DNA from: an uncultured bacterium
GTDB lineage: Bacteria; Hinthialibacterota; Hinthialibacteria; OLB16
Reading direction: 5' to 3'
DNA length: 35,120 nucleotides
Assembly: GCA_964581845.1 (NCBI GenBank)
Contig: CAZORO010000003.1
Coordinates: 1-35,120 of the forward strand
The position numbers and the translations under genes are program-made. Positions within the stretch are counted from its first letter, which is position 1. Every line of letters begins with the position of its first letter. The notes below the pieces were generated by a model that was given only the letters and a program-made list of their open reading frames with translations, did no database searches and was not told the DNA's origin. Shown one piece after another: positions 32,801-35,120 of the stretch.

Positions 32801-34390
32801 ATGTCAATCATCCGTCTTTCGGAAACCGTAAAGGCTGCTGTTGAGAATATCTGCCGGATATTCGATCCGGATATGGGCAAGGTCCCGTACTTTGGAGTCG
32901 CGCTCTTGGACCCACGCCCCCATTTCTATCATATCCCCTTCTTTGATATATCTCATATGCCGGGACGTGCGCTCGATGCACTTCTTCTGGCGGAACACAC
33001 TTTCTCCCTAGACCTTGATGAGGCCGTAGTTGAGTGTTACAGATCGGCACTCATGGAGTCCTTTGCCGGTGAGGACGCACTGAATGGATACTATGATGAG
33101 AAACTGAAGAGGAAGCGGGTGGCTTTTCACAACCTGCGTGAAGGCTTGCAGGGATTAAATGCTCTAGTCAAATTCCGGGATGACCAGAAGGCCCGTGCCT
33201 GCGCTGAAAGGATGGTACAGCGTCTATCCAGCCTTGTTAATGCGGATGGGACCTGGAATCCAGATAGGTGGCAAACTCACCCGGAGTACCTTCCACTCGG
33301 TGATGTGGTCCAGCATGACAAGTATTTGACATCCACCGCGGGGAGGCTGATCGGTTCACTTGTTAAATACTACACCACTACGGGCAACGCGCAGGCACTT
33401 GACCTCGCCACAAAGTTCAAGTCCGCTGTGTTGTGTGAGTGTTTCGATGAGGAAGGCAGGGCTACAGACAAGGCTGGCTGGCATGTTCATTCCATTACCT
33501 CAACGATCAGCTCTCTCGCTCTCCTGGCAGAGGCTCTAAATGACTCAAGCCTAAAAATACAGGTTGGAATACTCTACAGGAGCGCTTTTGATGGAAGGAT
33601 CATGACCACTCTGGGATGGTCTAAAGAGAATCTCGAAAATGATCTTGATGTCGGCGAGATTAACAACACCGGCGACATCATCCAGACAGGTCTTCATTTG
33701 GCTGAGTGGGAGTCCCCTCAATATTATGAGGATGTCGAACGGATGCTACGCTCGCATGTCATCCCTTCACAATTGCTTGACACGGAATGGATTCAACAAG
33801 TCAGGCAACCGGCGGGAGATTTTGAAAGAGATATTCCTTCCCGTGTCCGGGGAGCATTCGGGTTTCCGGCACCCTATGGCCATCAGGCAGCCAGTACAGA
33901 TTTCCTCAATTTTAATTTCGACATCACCTGTGGAGGGATACAGGCTCTGTGCATGGTTAGTAATAAAGTAGCCGGCATGAATCCGGATCTGCATGTCAAC
34001 CTGCTCATTGATCATACCTCCCCCGAAGTCGTGGTCCGATCCCGGTTTCCAGCCAGCAATGAGTTTACTCTCGAGGTTTTCACCAGCCAGTGTTGCGATG
34101 TTCGTATCCCTGAGTGGATTGAACAGAAGAGTATTCAAGTTCATAGATGTGAAAAACTGATTCCAGCTTGGGTCGATAATGGATACCTACACCTTGGAAA
34201 AGGCCCTGCGGTTTTCCAGATCAACTTTCATGCGGGCAACAAATGGACAGAGGAATGGATCAACGGAAGGTCGTATCATGTCAACTGGAAGGGAAATCAG
34301 GTGATCGCAATGGAACCCACATGCGATTTCCTGCCATTCTTCAACCGTGCTCATTTAAGAGAAGCTGTAATCCAAGGTAAACAATACTAG
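32801..34390 (+). CDS. uncharacterised protein, helical-toroid-like; paralogue 2, with no signal peptide or TM segment
   Basis: RBS AGGAAG lies 6 nt upstream. 529 aa, with blocks DVGEINNTGD, YYEDVERM, HVIPSQLLD, RGAFGFPAPYGH and DITCGG that are co-linear with the upstream gene. HNLREGLQGLNALVKFRDDQKARACAERMVQRL is a helix-pair pattern. Confidence 0.75.
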   Translation: MSIIRLSETVKAAVENICRIFDPDMGKVPYFGVALLDPRPHFYHIPFFDISHMPGRALDALLLAEHTFSLDLDEAVVECYRSALMESFAGEDALNGYYDEKLKRKRVAFHNLREGLQGLNALVKFRDDQKARACAERMVQRLSSLVNADGTWNPDRWQTHPEYLPLGDVVQHDKYLTSTAGRLIGSLVKYYTTTGNAQALDLATKFKSAVLCECFDEEGRATDKAGWHVHSITSTISSLALLAEALNDSSLKIQVGILYRSAFDGRIMTTLGWSKENLENDLDVGEINNTGDIIQTGLHLAEWESPQYYEDVERMLRSHVIPSQLLDTEWIQQVRQPAGDFERDIPSRVRGAFGFPAPYGHQAASTDFLNFNFDITCGGIQALCMVSNKVAGMNPDLHVNLLIDHTSPEVVVRSRFPASNEFTLEVFTSQCCDVRIPEWIEQKSIQVHRCEKLIPAWVDNGYLHLGKGPAVFQINFHAGNKWTEEWINGRSYHVNWKGNQVIAMEPTCDFLPFFNRAHLREAVIQGKQY

Positions 34391-34399
34391 AATTGTATC

Positions 34400-35120
34400 A
34401 TGAGAAGTCTTGTTGTGGATATTGGATCGGCAGGCCGGTTAGCCGCAACGCCGATGGCTGTTCCAATTATTGTCATCCTGGTGGTCTTCGGACTTTCGTG
34501 TTCACGGGATCCAATTGACCTTCTGTCCCATAATGAGAAAGTAACAATCAAATTCTCCACGTGGGGAAGCCCAGAGGAGATGACAATCAACAGGCGTATT
34601 GTTAAAGCTTTCATGGATTCACACCCGGGAATAAAAGTCGAGATTATGCATATTCCGGGCGCTCTATATAACACCAAGCTTCAGATCCTAAACGCCGCCG
34701 GGGTTGCACCCGATGTGATGTGGCTCTCGGCTTGGCAGGCTGTCGCCCTGTACGAGAACAAGCGTTTACTCAGCCTGCGTCCTTTTATCGAACTGGAAAG
34801 AGAGAAACAACCGGATTTTCTCCGTGAAGAGGACTCGTTGATCAAGTATTGCCAGGATTCTTTTACCTTCAAAGGTGAAATACTCATTTGTCCCTTAGGA
34901 CCGGTAACATTTCATCTTTACTACAACAAGGATCTGTTTGACAAGGCTGGAATTTCCTATCCTGATGAAACCTGGGATTGGGAAACTTTTAGAAGGGTTG
35001 CGATTCAGCTGACCTTATTTGAGGGGGAACGGCCGGTCCAATTTGGCACCAATATTATCCCTTGGTGGGGATTCTGGCTGAATTTTGTATGGCAGAATGA
35101 AGGAGAGCTATACGATAGAA
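34400..35120 (+). CDS. ABC transporter extracellular solute-binding lipoprotein (sugar type), 5' part; runs off the right edge
   Basis: Not in the track because it is open to the edge. My translation from ATG 34400 is MRSLVVDIGSAGRLAATPMAVPIIVILVVFGLSCSRD (lipobox-like GLSC), then KVTIKFSTWGSPEEMTINRRIVKAFMDSHPGIKVEIMHIPGALYNTKLQILNAAGVAPDVMWL...YYNKDLFDKAGISYPDETWDWETF. This is the classic family-1 SBP N-terminal pattern. Confidence 0.8.
   Translation, partial: MRSLVVDIGSAGRLAATPMAVPIIVILVVFGLSCSRDPIDLLSHNEKVTIKFSTWGSPEEMTINRRIVKAFMDSHPGIKVEIMHIPGALYNTKLQILNAAGVAPDVMWLSAWQAVALYENKRLLSLRPFIELEREKQPDFLREEDSLIKYCQDSFTFKGEILICPLGPVTFHLYYNKDLFDKAGISYPDETWDWETFRRVAIQLTLFEGERPVQFGTNIIPWWGFWLNFVWQNEGELYDR

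Noticed and set aside
28152-35120. Apparent lower GC content of locus B, considered as a sign of horizontal acquisition
   Set aside because: Spot counts on individual 60-nt lines ranged widely in both halves of the window. Only the 28152..28668 intergenic region is clearly AT-rich. A proper sliding-window calculation would be needed.

Overview
The window reads as a bacterial chromosomal segment dominated by glycan-utilisation genes, interrupted by a short housekeeping block. All family calls come from motif recognition by eye; no searches were run. I saw no rRNA, tRNA, CRISPR array, transposase or integrase.

**Layout**
- **1-4959 (minus strand):** a tightly packed operon. It encodes a PMI-like cupin isomerase, a 1040-aa secreted multidomain protein and an RhaT-family sugar/H+ symporter. 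The symporter is truncated by the window edge and absent from the ORF track.
- **5468-15049 (plus strand), 'locus A':** a LacI regulator, then a 783-aa secreted protein (three beta-sandwich repeats plus a CBM9-like domain). These are followed by two prepilin-type pseudopilin genes and a 1319-aa secreted protein with an (alpha/alpha)6-like core.
- **15174-20242 (minus strand):** a DUF4434-like gene, a truncated tam methyltransferase remnant, an ICMT-like methyltransferase, an ApgM-like gene and thrC.
- **20429-26909 (plus strand):** a 58-aa Cys-rich ORF (below the track cutoff), a YbaK-like deacylase, an SSF symporter and a DUF5107-like/TPR giant.
- **27066-35120, 'locus B':** a second LacI regulator facing a secreted beta-helix protein, a third pseudopilin, two tandem uncharacterised paralogues and a partial ABC sugar-binding lipoprotein.

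**Most interesting signal**
Both loci repeat the same architecture: LacI, secreted glycan-binding or glycan-cleaving protein, perfect GC-rich hairpin, orphan pseudopilin(s), then large toroid-like proteins. No type II secretion or type IV pilus machinery lies anywhere in the window. I interpret this as a candidate pseudopilin-associated polysaccharide utilisation module, which is inference. The taxon is probably PVC-like or a related candidate phylum, but that is only a guess.
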